Source of the DNA: Perna viridis
Lineage: Eukaryota
Length of the DNA stretch: 64,000 nucleotides
NCBI GenBank assembly: GCA_037379345.1
Contig: CM074516.1
Coordinates: 18,910,001 to 18,974,000 of the forward strand
Direction of reading: 5' to 3'
Shown here one piece after another: positions 1 to 14,014 of this stretch (position 1 is the stretch's first letter; the number at the start of each line of letters is the position of its first letter). Under the pieces are notes generated by a model. The model made no database searches and was not told the origin of the DNA. It saw only the letters and a list, made by a program, of their open reading frames with translations. The position numbers and the translations under genes were made by a program.

Positions 1-1193
1 TCTTTTTGGCTGATTTTTATGTCCTATCTTGTAAAAAGTGTAGAAAATTTAGTAAAAATATCAAATATTAAACTTTGAGGGCTATATTCACCTAAATATG
101 GTGGTAATAAGCACTTGAAATAAAGTTTTGTGTAGATTTGAGCAAAAATTAGGTTAGAAATGAGGAAAAACTCACTTTCATTACTGCGGTTAAGGCCATA
201 TCAGCATTCCCCTATGGCAACATGGAAAATCCATTATTGAGTACTTTTTTTGCTTTAAGTGCCCTTTACTGGTCATGTTTTAATGTGAAAACACTGTATT
301 TACAAATTTAAAGCCAAATATATCACCTTTTGTGAAAATTTAAAGATTTAGGATTTTTGACATGTGATCAAGAAAAAGGGGGAGGCATGTCAGAAATAAA
401 TTTTTAAAAATAGACCAATTTCTCAGAAAATGATTACTTTTAAAATTATTTCTTCATTAATATTGTTAAAAAACAAGTTGTGATTGATATTTTTTATTTG
501 AAAAGTCAGAAAAAGTTCTTTGCAAATATTTAATGCATTTAAGTATGGTAGAATATTGTCACTTTTTTGCTCGCACAACTTGGTTACCCTATATTTAAAA
601 ATCAAATATTTAAAAAAGTGCTTGTCACATTTCACTGAAACTTTGCAAATGCATTCAGTATGTGTGTAGGAAGATACCTGTATAGTTATTTATTTTTTTC
701 TAAGACAAAAAGTGACTCTTTAGGTTACAGACCACCAATTCAACCAATGAGCATTTGGAACGTACGCAAAAATAGTCCTACGCAGAAATTACCCCTGTTC
801 CTCATAGTGCTGTGAAAAAAGTGCTCATCTTATTTTAAAAATTTAAACAGTTTCTGAAAGGAAAAACATTTCTGTACATTTTATAGGTGCATTTTGCTTC
901 TTGTGATGTGAAGCCTAATCTCCATAATGATTTTTAAATATACCCCTATCTTGTGAAAACACTGGGATTTCCCATGCTATTTATAGACCCTTCACTTCCG
1001 GTGACCAGTACTGCACTGCAAGTCTGCTAACCCCACATGTCATTCTGAGGATTGTGAGCTGACATATGTAGAATCATGCTGATATATATTCCTCTGCAGG
1101 TTAAAGTTAAGGTAAAGTCCAGAGAAGCCATTGAATATTGTGAAATTAGCATAGAAGCCTATGGAAAGTGGAATTAGTGGTTTTTAGCCTGAA

Positions 1194-1369
1194 ATCAGTG
1201 ATATGTTTGTATCATATTCAATTTCACCAAAGCATATCAAGCTTTCATTTGAAACAGAATAAAATCAGTTCAAGTTACTTTGATGCTTACATGAAATTGA
1301 TATAAAATGCTGAATACAAACGTTCCAATGATTCGAAAGAGTTTTATCCCTTACCCTAGGTCTACCTCC
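1194..1369. mobile_element. Right end of a longer copy of the same TTAA-type element
   Basis: Matches ~2790-2964 and ends in CCCTTACCCTAGGTCTACCTCC; the element probably extends leftwards towards or beyond the window start. Confidence 0.7.
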
Positions 1370-2463
1370 ATAACTCATTATCTTATCACTTCAAATGAGA
1401 ATTTTTTTTTCAAAATGATGGTCTAAAATAATTGATCAAAAGAATCACCTTAGTAAAACTGAATTTTAAATCAAAAACTACACTAGCAGTTAAGTGGAAT
1501 TACATGTATCATTGGTACAAAACTTCGTGTCTTAAAGTCACAAATAATCAAATTACAGCGTCAAAATGGTTGACAGGATTTTTTATACCATATTGTCACA
1601 CTGCCTGATTTTCATGGAGACAAATACTTAACTGGAATAAAAAAAAAAACACTTTCCAATAGCTATTATACACAATAGATTAAAAATATAATCATTTGGA
1701 ATCATTGCAGTAATCAATGTTTGATTAATTTTCACCCCTGTAAAATGAAAATTAGTGAAAAGGTCAAAAAGCATTTTGTTGCAGAATGGCAAAAACACGG
1801 ACAAAGGTAAACAAATCGTTGCATGATCAATCATGTTGAAAAAAATAACAAGTTTATAAAACCGCACAATTATACGTGTTGAGATTTTCAGTGCATACAG
1901 GTAGCGTGTATTTATATGAAGTGATCCACACAGCCACGTTTACTGCTGTCGGCAAATGTTCAGTCTGCATTTCAAGTGCTTATTCAGTATCAAAATAAAT
2001 GACTAAAATAGCAACAGAACGGTGAATACCTATAGAAGCTAGCGTCACAAATATATTTTTTACTCTACTACGATGCCGAACAAGCAAGGAAAATGCTTTT
2101 CTTACTTGTAAATGCCATCTGTAATTCTAGATTTTATACCATATTTGGCATAAAATATTTAAATCTTCAGTATTCGAGGGAATTGCACGTGTAAATAATC
2201 ATAAGTAACAAATCGAAATCGCACGTGGATTTCACTATATACAAGTACTGTTTTTCTATAAGGCATACTAATTCCTTTAAATTGGTATTCCTACCATCAT
2301 CTATGAGTGATATTTTATTTCTCTAGAAACATGAATATTTTATTAAAAACTGTTCTTTATTTTTACCCAAATGTAATGGTAATTTTTTGTTTTGATTTGT
2401 TAAACGTGATTTTAAATTTGATCAAAGTTAAAAAGACAGAACTCCCGAAAATTTTCTTTACAG

Positions 2464-2655
2464 CAGAGTAATCAAGGGAACCAAGACTCTAGCGGTAATC
2501 AACAGAATGTAATCCAGGAGAAAGACCAGATATTGAAAACGGAAATACACAGCAAAGAACATGAAGTAGCTAAAAAATACATACAAAGTAACAAAAGCAA
2601 ACGAGCAACTCGGAAACCAATAAAGGCTGGGAGCATGGACCAGGTGCACCGTAGA
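2464..2655 (-). repeat. ~230 bp interspersed repeat family (copy)
   Basis: Shares CCGGTGCACCTGGTCCATGCTCCCAG...CCTGGATTACATTC...GATTACCGCT...GGTTCCCTTGATTACTCT with the other copies. Confidence 0.8.
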
Positions 2656-2752
2656 ATACTGTCGAGTCACCAACACGAAAGAGACGCGATGAAAAGATAC
2701 GATGAATTAATTTTACATAAACCCTCTTTTCGGCAAACTAATGTCTACTTAA

Positions 2753-2964
2753 GGAGGTAGACCTAGGGTAAGGGACATAACTGATGAAGTCAGTGATATG
2801 TTTGTACCACATTCAATTTCACTAAAGTCTTTCAAGCTTTCATTTGAAATAGAATGAAATCACACCAAGTTACTTTGATGCTTACATGAGATTGATGTAA
2901 AATGCTGAATACAAACGTTCCAATGATTTGTATGAGTTGTGTCCCTTACCCTAGGTTTACCTCC
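2753..2964. mobile_element. MITE with TTAA target duplication (Kolobok/piggyBac-type)
   Basis: ttaa|GGAGGTAGACCTAGGGTAAGGGACATAACT ... AGTTGTGTCCCTTACCCTAGGTTTACCTCC|ttaa: ~30 bp TIR with a TTAA TSD. Confidence 0.8.
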
Positions 2965-5094
2965 TTAATTAAGAACAAAAACAATATTTCTTTTGCTGTA
3001 TTATATTGTTGTGTTTTTGTCATGACTTGATCTATCATATGTAATATGCATTATTAAAGTATTATTTTAATTAGCTATATTGCTTATTCTGTTTCTAATT
3101 TCAGTAGCTAATACATTTTATTTTTGTGTACTTTTTGATGAATGTGATGAATACTCCTTCGTAACACTTTTTTACATAGTGATCTGTCAAGCATATATTT
3201 TTATTGCGCTGTTTTTTTTTTGTTTTTCTTTAACGTCTGAACTTTAATTGACCTTTGTCAATTTGAAATCCCATCATGCACATTATTTATACGGTAAGAG
3301 AAAAATGAATGGTAATTCAAAAACTAAATATAGAAGTAGAATGTATTTGACAACATTTTTGCAGTAATGGAATTCCCTTGTAAAAGTCATTAATAGTTTT
3401 TTTTAAATTGATGTCATTAGCTCCGTGTTAACAATTGACTACGTAAAAATGTAAAAAGAAAAAAAAAACTTTAAACAACGAATCCGCCCCCGCAATTTGA
3501 AATGTCCCTTTCAGATAAATTAGCTAGTAAAATCATCAATTCAACTAACAAACATAAATTAATTGCAGCATTTTCTTAGAATAATTAAAATAATGACGAT
3601 TATTTATAAATGACCTTGGTGTAACCGCACAAGTCTTTAATGGTCCTTTCGGATAAGCTAGAAAAAACAAAAGCAGTAATACAACCAACATAAATTAATT
3701 GCAGCATTTCTTTGAATAATGAAATTTATTAATAAATGACTTCAGAGTAACTACAAAAAATGTCAACGTCTTTGAAAAGATGTACACTTTATTTGGGTAT
3801 TGTTAGTGTCCTCTCTTGTCTGCGTGGTTTCACGAACATGGGTCCTAATCCACCATTAAAATGCATATGAGACGTTCTCATTGATGTGTTGCCATTGAAA
3901 AAAAATATTGGAGAAAATCAACCTTCCTAGATTTGAAAAAAAGGAGTACCACCTTGAATAAAGCATATAGGCGATCATTTTGTGTTCTAACATGGCGCGA
4001 CGCTCTCTAACTAGAATAAAACCTCTGCTCGCACTTGTGCAATCATTGTAATGAACGGGTCACTTTTCATTGTATTCATCAATTGCAATCGTTTACTTAT
4101 TATGAACGCAACAAAGTCAACGACACTTTTCAAGAAACGCCTCTATTCTATTATAATCTTAGCGTACTACATTAGAACACATAGAAATATCACCGTGTTC
4201 AAATTACCAGTTGGCTGTATGGCGCAGGTAAAATGATTTCATTGATTTCGGCCAAGCATTGAAGGACATGATCACGCTAGCAAATCAACATTGAAATGTT
4301 ATACACAAAGAATGAGATGTGTTTCAGAGGGTCGTGATTTGTTATACCCTAACGACATAGAGCGGCTTTTCCACCTTGATCGAATGACCTATATCTTCGT
4401 CATATGATGTGACGTCATGACACGATTCCGTTATTTTGTTTATTTATACATTTGTAAATGCGATTCATTTTTCGTTTCCTAATAATAAATGTTATTTCCT
4501 ATTACTATTACATTCATGTATAAAAATTTTATTGTTGAAAAAGAATAATTGAACTTTGTTGTAAAAAATGACATGGAGACCAAGTGTTTCGTATTCGTGA
4601 TAATTCCCGGATACCGGGCTTTATGCTTATTTTAACATTGGTAGGCACTATACAGCTCTTGAATGGTATTAACCATATACCAACCCCATTTTACCATTTC
4701 TCATTGTCCCCACCCCATTCCCAATAGAAAATTCCCATCCCCCATACAATCCCCATTGTATATTTCTTATCAAATATTTACATTATAAAATTAAATTTTA
4801 TATATTTAAATTCTTCAACATTTAAGCTACAAAAATCCCCCACTACCAGTTTACGGGGTCTATGAAACCGCACTTGATTTCTAATGCATACCAATTACCT
4901 TCATGACCAGCAACTAGAACGATACTTACAACACTTGTCTGTTTTCAACGTCTGGTCTTTGTCCCTGGATTACATTCTTCTGATTACCGCTGTAATCTTG
5001 GTTCCCCTCGATTACTCTTACAAACCGTGCTGGTCATAATAATGATCTTTCAAGTTCTTTCTCATATCTTACCAGTTACAACTTATCTACTTAA

Positions 5095-5489
5095 GTAGGA
5101 CTCCACCTAAGGATCATGCAAAATGTGATTCATGGGTAAAAACCTACATATTTTTATTTTTGATATTTTGTTTGAAATGTCATAGTTAATAGAAATTAAC
5201 ATGTGGTTTTTCATATAACCTGTGCTCTTAGGAGATAAAAATTATATAGAATGCACTGTAGATTTCAAAATTAAGGGAGATAACTCTGTAAAATGACGCT
5301 CAAATACAATAGAATCTACTGGATTTTCAATGTTGATTATCTCTTAAGAGCAGGCAGATTTGAATGAATAATTACACATTTCATAGCATAGACCCATAAA
5401 CAACTTAATTACAAAAATAAAAATATGTAGCCTTTTTTAGGATGTATCACATTTTTCAGATTTTGCATGATTTTTACAAAGACAGCTAC
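5095..5489. mobile_element. TTAA-flanked non-autonomous DNA transposon, family 2
   Basis: Flanked by TTAA on both sides, with subterminal inverted ATCATGCAAAAT / ATTTTGCATGAT; homologous to 10315-10630. Confidence 0.65.
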
Positions 5490-6279
5490 TTAAAATAATA
5501 TTTATTCCTTTTTCCAAGTTATGTTAACGACACCTTTTCATCTCAAACAATAAACAGGCTGGATATTATAATTCGTATAAATTATAGTTCTTGAAACTAT
5601 ATATTTTGTTTTCGTTTCTTTGTCAAATGCACGGTTATGATATCAGAGTCTTTCACCTTCATACGATTAGACTAATAATCCTATCTACAAAATTGTATCA
5701 ACGTGAAATTGACACCACAGGGTATGAGGCCAAGAGGACGACCAAATATAACTTGGTTAAAGACAGCAGAATAAAAACTCAAGGAACTGCAAACGACAAA
5801 GGGAGAGGCAGAGACAAAGGACGAGACGAACTGATTGGCGAGACCTTGTGTTGACCTTATACTTCGACCGGAGCGAAGAAGATGGGTAGGTAGGAAGGTA
5901 GGTGATATTGAATGTTTCTTCAATCTCCAAAACTGTGGCGACGTATTAGGCTGAATTTGCAACACAACGTCACCTCTGTTTCGGAGTTTGACCTTGCTTT
6001 TGACCTGATATTTTCTTTCATTATCTTGATTGTCTTGATTTGTGTAAAATATATGTGTGCTTTCTAAATATAGTACTTAGGTACATGTAGTTTTTAGGTT
6101 GCCTTGTTTAAGAATTTCTTTTTTGTATATTTCAATTTAGTTTTTTAGGTTGTTTGTAGATTTTGTCTTGGTCTGTAGCAAGTTCCGAACAGCGTATGAC
6201 GTTCGAAAAGAACTCTACACGCTGCAGCCAGCCCTCTCAGAAAATACCAGAATCATGCAAAATCGAGAAAAATTAAAGT

Positions 6280-7030
6280 TTTTAAGCGACATTATCCAAT
6301 TGTAAAACGACGTGTGATTTGAATTACGCCCGAGAATTTTGAAAGCCTTATCTGCATAGGGGTCAGACAGTAGTTTTTTGCATATATCTCCAAAATCGTT
6401 AAGTTTAGCCAAATTCTGACGGGGTAAAAGTGTTTAGCATGATGAGATCTATCTGTGGTCAAATTTTCATTTTGATTTGTTAAGCCATGTTGGAGTTATT
6501 GCCCTTTTTCGACGTGTTTTGCCCTTTTTAATGTTATTTCTTTCAAAAACCTTCTCCTCTGACACCACCTGACAAATTGGAACCAAACTTGGTGTGAATG
6601 TTTCTTGGGGTATTGTGCATAGAACTGATGTGGGGATTTTTGATCCGTCGAAAAACATGGCTGCTGGTACTAAAAATAGAACAAAGGGGTCAGACAATAG
6701 CTTTTCACAAGCATCTCCAAAACCGTTAGGTTTAGCAAAATTATTTATATAGATGAAATGAACCTTACTATAAGGCCTTCAAAAGTTGTCAGGTGACTCC
6801 TGTAAGAGTTACTGCCCTTATAAGATGAAAAAGTTTTTTGACAGTTTTTAGCCAATATCTTTAAAACTATAAAAGGAAGACACTTTCTATCACTGAAATG
6901 ATCTTTATGATAGTCCCACCAAAGTCTTCTCGAGTCAAAATTGTTGAACAACTCCATGTTAAAGTTATTGCCCTTGAAAGACAAACTTTAACCAGGTGAG
7001 CGATTCAGGCTCCTGGGAGTCTCTTGTTTC
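6280..7030 (+). mobile_element. Helentron/HINE-like non-autonomous repeat fragment
   Basis: Internal related repeats (CTCCAAAA.CGTTA.GTTTAGC.AAATT twice; CTTCTCCTCTGA.ACCAC...CCAAACTTGG) and a 3' end CAGGTGAGCGATTCAGGCTCCTGGGAGTCTCTTGTTT with a short hairpin, typical of mollusc HINE-type repeats. Related decayed pieces at ~29290-29780 and ~35400-35650. Confidence 0.45.
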
Positions 7031-7395
7031 GCATTTACTCCATGACCATAAATCTTTTGTAGATACATTAACGGGAATTGGGGTAGTCCAGGAGACATAG
7101 ATTTCATTTTGTTAGAAAATATAGATCAAACATATAGTCTCAAACCTCCATCCTTTTCTTTTCAACCTCTTATATCCAGTTATACAGAACTTGAATTATA
7201 CTTGATGATTAATTCAATAAAAACAAGTTTGTTTATACAAAAATATTTAATAAATATCCATATCATAAACAATTCACAATAATAAAAATTAATTTACTAG
7301 AGTTATCACAGACAAAAAAGCAATCCTCGAAACAAAGTCTTTATTGCTCCTTTCCCACTAAATTGGTATTTGACGAAGCTTGTAGTTTGGATTTC

Positions 7396-10300
7396 TTATT
7401 TAAAGATAGGAGGCGAAATTCCACTGATACATTTGACTTTGACACAACTGCAAGCTGTTGACACCTTTTCTTTGTAATATTCTAGACCTGTTGTTGGACA
7501 ATCGATCAGCATGGTTCGGTAAACGTAGTTGGTTGGTCGGCAAAAATATTCTTTGAAGGTTCCGTAGTCAAATCTGCAGTATTGGTTGTTTCTCCTTTTA
7601 TCACTGTAAGAAGAGAGAAAAAAAAAGAGATTAGTACATGTATTATATAAAATCATAAAGTTATTTTTTCAGTATTGTAAGTTTCAATATGTTAATGTTC
7701 AGTAGACGTACAGTCTTATATCATAGATTATTTATCGTTGTTTGCATTATCAAAAAAATCAAACCCTCAAAAAAACACTGAGGCTCTATTCCTCGTGTCG
7801 CACAAAAAAGAATGTCCCTGTACTGGATTTCAGTATTTTTATTTGTTTTGAGTATTTCTTGCAGGCTAATTCCTTTTAAATTTAGATCATCCCATTTATT
7901 TGGTTCTATTGATGCTGATATTAGGTTATTTACAGCATCCCGAAATTTGTAATATTCATATGAATAATATTTTTGAATTTTTAAGTAGCTGTAGTTTGTC
8001 AACAAAGAATACCAACATAAAAAATAATAAATAGATAATTAGATTACTCTATTGGTCGAAAGTAAAAAAAAAACACAACGACCACACACGGGTCATAAAA
8101 ATCGACCAAACGGAACATAATGTAGTTTATTCTCCGAAATCTGCATAAATCTGAAGTATTTACTAGTAAAGAAATAATGAACCCAACATAGAAGTAATAA
8201 ACACAACATATTAAGTATCATTCTGTGTAAGAATCAGGCAATGTGTGGCACATCATTTTTTCCAATGTAGTCATTTTTGCCTAAAATATATTCAGTACAT
8301 CTAGAAAACAACCAAAAAGCTATTTAAGTTTATCCTTAAGCATCTGTGACGTAGATATATTTTGACTGCTTATATAGTGCAAAAGTGCGGGGAAATTTTC
8401 CCGTAACTTTTTCGTAGTGCTTTTGAATAAATTTGACCTATCAATATCTTAAAAATGCAAATTTCACAAACACTTTGATAGTCATTTCTGGTGGTTATCA
8501 GGTATAATTAATTGGTTAATGCAACACAATCTCTATGTTTCTTTCCTTCATGTGACACACCTTATATATATTTTGCCCGATTCTTAGACGGAGAAGTACT
8601 TAAGAGACGGACAGAATACAACAAACATCAGTATTCGTAAGAAGACTGGAATTAATTATTTATATGCTACCTTGTATTAACTAGTTTTTTGTTAACCAAG
8701 ACATTTTACGGGATGACATTAATATCCTTCTTAACCAATTTATCAACAAGGGTTACCGTACAAAATTGTCTTCTATTCCGAACTGACCTTATTTTATATA
8801 AATAAATATATGGTTTATTTTAGTCCCAAACATGTTCATGATAAAAAAGAATGGACATAATGGAACAAAACAAATGCCCCAGCGTATAACCTCCAAAATA
8901 GTACTTTCAAAGATCACCGAAATGTCTTCAACAAGTGTAAAACACACCTCTAACAATTGTAGTAAGCTCTGAAAGGCCCCAATAGCGGAAAGCAAACATG
9001 ATAAAATCGGATATTAAACCGCTTTTTTTACTGATTTAATAATGTTAAGAATATACGCCTTAGCTTCCTGACCATCGCAAAAAAGTACGAAAGTAATTCT
9101 ATGCAAAATGAATGTAAGAATGTCTGCTCGAAACTTACCCATTAAAACAGTCTGTTCTGTAAATTTTTTGTATGTTTCTGTCTGGTCCGTTAAGAACGAC
9201 TTGACAAACTTCATATCCATATGGAAGTCCAGTTAATGGATCATAAATGGTCTTGTTTACAAACTCCACAGGTACTTTGACCTCACGACATACTGGTTTC
9301 TTGACATAATCAGCCGTTTCACTGAAGGATTTTAAATATAACATTTTTATATATATTACGAAAAATCACAATTATAAACTGGGAAAAAAAGTAAATCTAA
9401 TTCACTTACAAAAGTACATATATAAAAAAAAATGTTAATGTATCAATATGATAATAAAAGTTTGAAATGAAGTTTTGCCTTACAAAATGTATCATATCTC
9501 TATCAAAATATTACTAACCCTGAGATCGAAATATTAAGCACAATTCAAAAAGAAGTTTATCTATAGTTCTGTTTTATTATTTGACAAAGCAATTAAATAT
9601 ACATGTTTATGCATACCCGTGAAACCAAATGCTATTACACAAGTATTTCTCAAGATTTGAAAGGGCTATTGTGTATTGATGCAGGTATGTTATTTTTAGC
9701 AGCACGATTTGTATAACTTTACCTGTAAGGACCTGGCTCTCCCAAGCATTCACCGCAGGACTTAATGTAATGTATAAAAGAATCATCACTTTGTACCAAT
9801 TTTTGTCGCAAACCACGCCTGTAAATAAATAAGACAGTATTCACAACCTTGTATGACAACCGCGGCCTTATAAAAAAATGACACCATTACATAACAAATT
9901 GTTTACAATTTTTATCTGTCAACTGTTTTTAGTATCAAAATAGGAATATTAATTAAATCGTTATATGTGCAATATAAACAAAAAAACCAATTTGCATGAT
10001 ATGCAACAGAAAAATAAATTGCACGCATGACTATAAAATTAGAAATTTGCAAAGATGATTTTTCTTTATTCAAAATTATACGTTCTGCGTGGAACGAAAA
10101 AATGTAAAATTCCCTTTTTTGGTTGGGGGTTTATTTTTGAATATTTTTGCCAACAAATGCAGGAAATGTTAAATTGCTTTGTTTTGAAAAAGTAAGAAAT
10201 CTTGAATTTAATCTCATGTAAATTATCAAATTATTAAATAAATTTATGTTTCTATATTATGCTTGATAATTTACAGAAAACGAGTTAAGAATTCTGAAGC

Positions 10301-11200
10301 AGCTCAATAATTAAGGAGCACTTCTGATAAGAATCATGCAAAATGTGATTCATGGTTGGAAAGCCTACATATTTTTATTTGTGGTATTCTGTTTGAAATG
10401 TGAACATAAATTAACTTGGGGCTTTTCATACAACCCTTGTTCTTAGGAGATAAAAACTATATAGAATGTACTGTAAAATACAAAATTAAGGTAGATAACT
10501 CTGTTAATGGCACTAAATAAAATAGAAACTATTGAATTTTCATTGTGCATTATCTCCGAAGAGCAACTTAATAATCAAAAATGCGTATTTTTTTTTACAG
10601 AATTTGCATCATGTTTTACAAGACTGCTACTTAAATGATAAAAAATCATAGAATATTTGACTTACATATCAAGTGGTGTATAATCCAGTGGTTTATCACA
10701 AATCCAGCTATGTTTTGGCAAACATTGGTCATACAAATATTTATAATTTTTGCAGAAATTCATTGGCACTGCAGAAGTGACGGCTACAAAAGCGGCTAAC
10801 AGCATAACTTTCATCTGTAATGATGTAACGAAAATTTTAGTGAATATTACATGTATTTTTATAACCGATAAAAGCCTTTTAATTTCAGTCACGGAACATG
10901 GATATTTATATGAAATAAATGCATGCATCATTTGTTGAAAATCAAGATTGCTGTGCTTATGAATGGTGAAAATATTATTAAATTTAAATCAAGCGTTTTT
11001 GAAAAGATAGTCTAAACTGGAAGATAGAAACAGATATTTTGCTAGGTTAAATTTTTCCCTTTTTACTTACAAAATTCAATTAAATCCAAAAGAAAACATA
11101 TTATTTGTTATACGAATGAAAGTAAGATTAAAGAAAATTGCAAAACCTTTCATTTTCGGCTTAATTTTTTTCCCTTTTTGTTAGTTTCGAAACTTACCAT
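7396..11200 (-). CDS. Gene A1: secreted Spaetzle/neurotrophin-like cystine-knot protein, 212 aa, 5 coding exons
   Basis: Manually spliced exons 11200-11198 (ATG|gtaag), 10814-10666, 9818-9723, 9321-9139, 7603-7396, all GT-AG, 639 nt in frame. Protein: MMKVMLLAAFVAVTSAVPMNFCKNYKYLYDQCLPKHSWICDKPLDYTPLDMRGLRQKLVQSDDSFIHYIKSCGECLGEPGPYSETADYVKKPVCREVKVPVEFVNKTIYDPLTGLPYGYEVCQVVLNGPDRNIQKIYRTDCFNGDKRRNNQYCRFDYGTFKEYFCRPTNYVYRTMLIDCPTTGLEYYKEKVSTACSCVKVKCISGISPPIFK. Hydrophobic signal peptide and terminal CxC; homologous exon by exon to A2-A5. The family call rests on motif recognition only. Confidence 0.88.
10315..10630. mobile_element. TTAA-flanked non-autonomous DNA transposon, family 2 (A1 intron 2)
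   Basis: ttaa|GGAGCAC...ACTGCTAC|ttaa, colinear with 5095-5489. Confidence 0.65.
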
Positions 11201-11525
11201 TTTTGTTTTGTTTTTGAACTGGTCAGTTAGAAGGTTATCTCATCAATGAACTTGTTAGACAAACTACTGCTATATATAATATGGTCAACGACAATAGTAG
11301 TGTTATTTTTGACAGCAATGATGGACGATCTGACGTATTTGGACAGAAACGGTCAAAATGACGCGAGACCTTAGGTCATAGGCGAGACTTCTATTTGTTC
11401 ATTGGCTAGTTTGTTCTATTTCCGCAACTGTAGTCCGCGTCAATAATTTTATTGTGAAAATTGTATAAAACGAGCCATTTCTCTCGATATTCTCACAAGA
11501 AACATACAGATCTACAAAGAGAAAT
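11201..11525. promoter_or_regulatory. Bidirectional promoter and 5' UTRs, pair A1/B1
   Basis: 325 bp between the divergent ATGs. TATA-like run at ~11271-11278 for A and TATAAAA at 11464-11470 for B; ATTGG (CCAAT) at 11401; TGACG cores at 11331 and 11359. Confidence 0.7.
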
Positions 11526-14014
11526 ATGGTAAGAAAGCTTTCTTATTATCTTTTTGAAAAGCTTGTTTGCAATAAAACATTGTTCCTTTATAACTTAATT
11601 GAAAAATAACAAACATAGTTGCATACATGAATTCTGGATTTTACATTTGAAGAAAGTTTAGTTCAGTGTATACTGAATGTATTCCAAGCAAATGAATTAC
11701 TGTTTTTTTATGCTTGGCTAAATAGTGGTAAAACTTGCAAATAGAAAGTAACCAAACACTTTTCAAATCAATTAGAAAATTATATATAAATGAAAGGTCA
11801 TTTTTGATGTCCAAATAAACAATTACATACCCGTTCAATTATGATAAACATTTAATGTATATCTTTTTGCTTTAACTTCAGATCAGAAAAGTCATTGTAC
11901 TAATCGTCTTGGTGCCCTGTTGTTTTGGGCTTCTGTTTAATAAGAACAAATGCATCGTGGATCCTATCGAAAATAGATGGCCAGATATTGTCAAAGTTTG
12001 CAAGGAACCGTTAGAATATAACCAGTAAGTACATGCATAAAGCATTATAAAAGCAAGATAAGAAATTATGGGAAAAGACTGACTATTTGGTTTTTTTTTC
12101 TGTACATGTATTATCATTGGATAAATTGACTAGATTAGCCTTAGTTTTCTAAATAGATAGTTTCAAGATATTAAATAATCTAAAAATGTAAAGAGCATTT
12201 GATCGACAAAAAAATATATAAAATGACAAAGATATAAAAAAAAATTATATACAACTATTGTATGTACTATATTCTGTCTGTACATTTTTACGTGAATACA
12301 TTACAGTTTATACCTGTGTTCGATGCTCCTTTTTTCTTCGTCTCTCTCTTAAACGAAAATTCTGATAAAATTACAAAAAGTCATTCAAATGGAATAAGGT
12401 CAATATAAGCAACCAATCATTAATAATACATGTAGTTATATTCTTGTTTGACAATCATTTGTTCTGAAAAGGTATTTTTGGAGCGCCAGGGTAATCTTTA
12501 ATGATCGCAACATTATATTAATGAGTATAAATTGAAGTAATTTATCAACACTATTAATTTTTCAAAATTTTCAGTGCTGCGATAGAACAAGCCTTGAAAG
12601 ACGACCCAGAAATGTTGATGTTTGTCGAAGATGCCAGTAAGATATACAGACCTGCAGTTCCCTACTCTGATCCCCAGTAAGTACTTAAAATTGTAACAAC
12701 CTCAAAGGCATGCCAGATCATAAGCGGAACATACAGTCTTGAAGTTGAATTAACTCTGGCCTCAAACTGTAAAAAAAAAAATATGGGAATTTCACTACAA
12801 AAAATTGGTAGATAGAATTTTTATAAAGGATACTTAACAGACTGTCTTTCATAGTTTAAAAAAGAAAATTGGGGTCACCTACCTTTTTTTCTTGTAATAT
12901 TAAAATATAACCCTAAAACTCCTGTTACATTTCTATAGAATATATAACCGCCAATTGTCTCCCCTTAAAAGAGGCTTGATACACTGAATATTTGTAATTT
13001 TACCATACAATTTTTATGCTTACATTTCTTTTAAAATTCAAAAATACTGTTTTTACATCATTTCACACATTACTACTTCATCTAAAATATGTATGTCTGT
13101 ATGATTTTGTACGATGACAGTCTGATAGGTGTGATCTGACTGAATAGCACAATGTTTCCTATGTTCTGTGTCTGTTGAACTTCATCTTAATCTAGAAAAC
13201 ATAATTTCCTGTACAAGAACATTTTATAATACTTGTATGTATAATTATTGTTTTAAGTGTTATATACAGTCTGAGATGTATATACTGGTACATTTTCGCA
13301 AAAACAAAGCTTACCGCTGTTGATGTTTAACGTGTTGTCGTCAACTTAAATAATTGATCTATCAACACAATTACAACATATTCATTTAATTTTCAGTATT
13401 TGTCCTGTCGATATTGGAGATAGCGTCAACGGTCCCCAGATTGTCGAATGTGGCAGCATCTGCCCTAGTTCATACGCCAACCTGACCACAGTGTGGTACG
13501 AATATGAACCAGGAAGGACAACCATGTGCAACGTAATCCGTCCATGGCAACAAGTTGTATATTACATGCAGTGCGGGTAAGTTTCTATCTAGTGTATACT
13601 CTTCATACACAGGATTCCCAGTGTAAATACATTTTGAACTCATAATGTTGTTCTCTTGTACATCATTCTATGCAAAAATCTGACAAGATTACAAGAAAAA
13701 GACAAAAGACAACTTTGAACCGTTTTATATATTTGAATACTGAAAACTTGAAAATCCCACAAAATTTAAAATATTGATTTATTTTCAGAACCAAATACCC
13801 CTTGGTTGATGGAATGGACAGTTCTTTCCAGTGCGTCCCAGAAAACATAATCAGGCGCAGAATTGCTATTTACTGCCCAAACCTTCCATCACAGTGTCAG
13901 AAAATGGATATAGATTTACCACAACACTGTGCAGCTAGCAGCTTTCGATGCAGAAAGAAGAAGGTCTCAAGAAGTATGCAGTTAGACAATTTATTCTCAT
14001 CTTTCGGATGGTAG
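11526..14014 (+). CDS. Gene B1: secreted Spaetzle-like protein with a degenerate cystine knot, 217 aa, 5 coding exons
   Basis: Exons 11526-11528 (ATG|gtaag), 11882-12024, 12575-12676, 13397-13576, 13789-14014; GT-AG, 654 nt in frame. MIRKVIVLIVLVPCCFGLLFNKNKCIVDPIENRWPDIVKVCKEPLEYNHAAIEQALKDDPEMLMFVEDASKIYRPAVPYSDPHICPVDIGDSVNGPQIVECGSICPSSYANLTTVWYEYEPGRTTMCNVIRPWQQVVYYMQCGTKYPLVDGMDSSFQCVPENIIRRRIAIYCPNLPSQCQKMDIDLPQHCAASSFRCRKKKVSRSMQLDNLFSSFGW. AATAAA at 14118-14123. Confidence 0.88.

Noticed and set aside
7396-14014. Identity as bursicon alpha/beta, GPA2/GPB5, TGF-beta/PDGF or IL-17
   Set aside because: There is no CxGxC ring motif. The Q..Y.TEC ... CxC spacing and the C..C..DYP prodomain fit the Spaetzle/neurotrophin type better. 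No gene symbol is assigned because orthology cannot be shown without a search.
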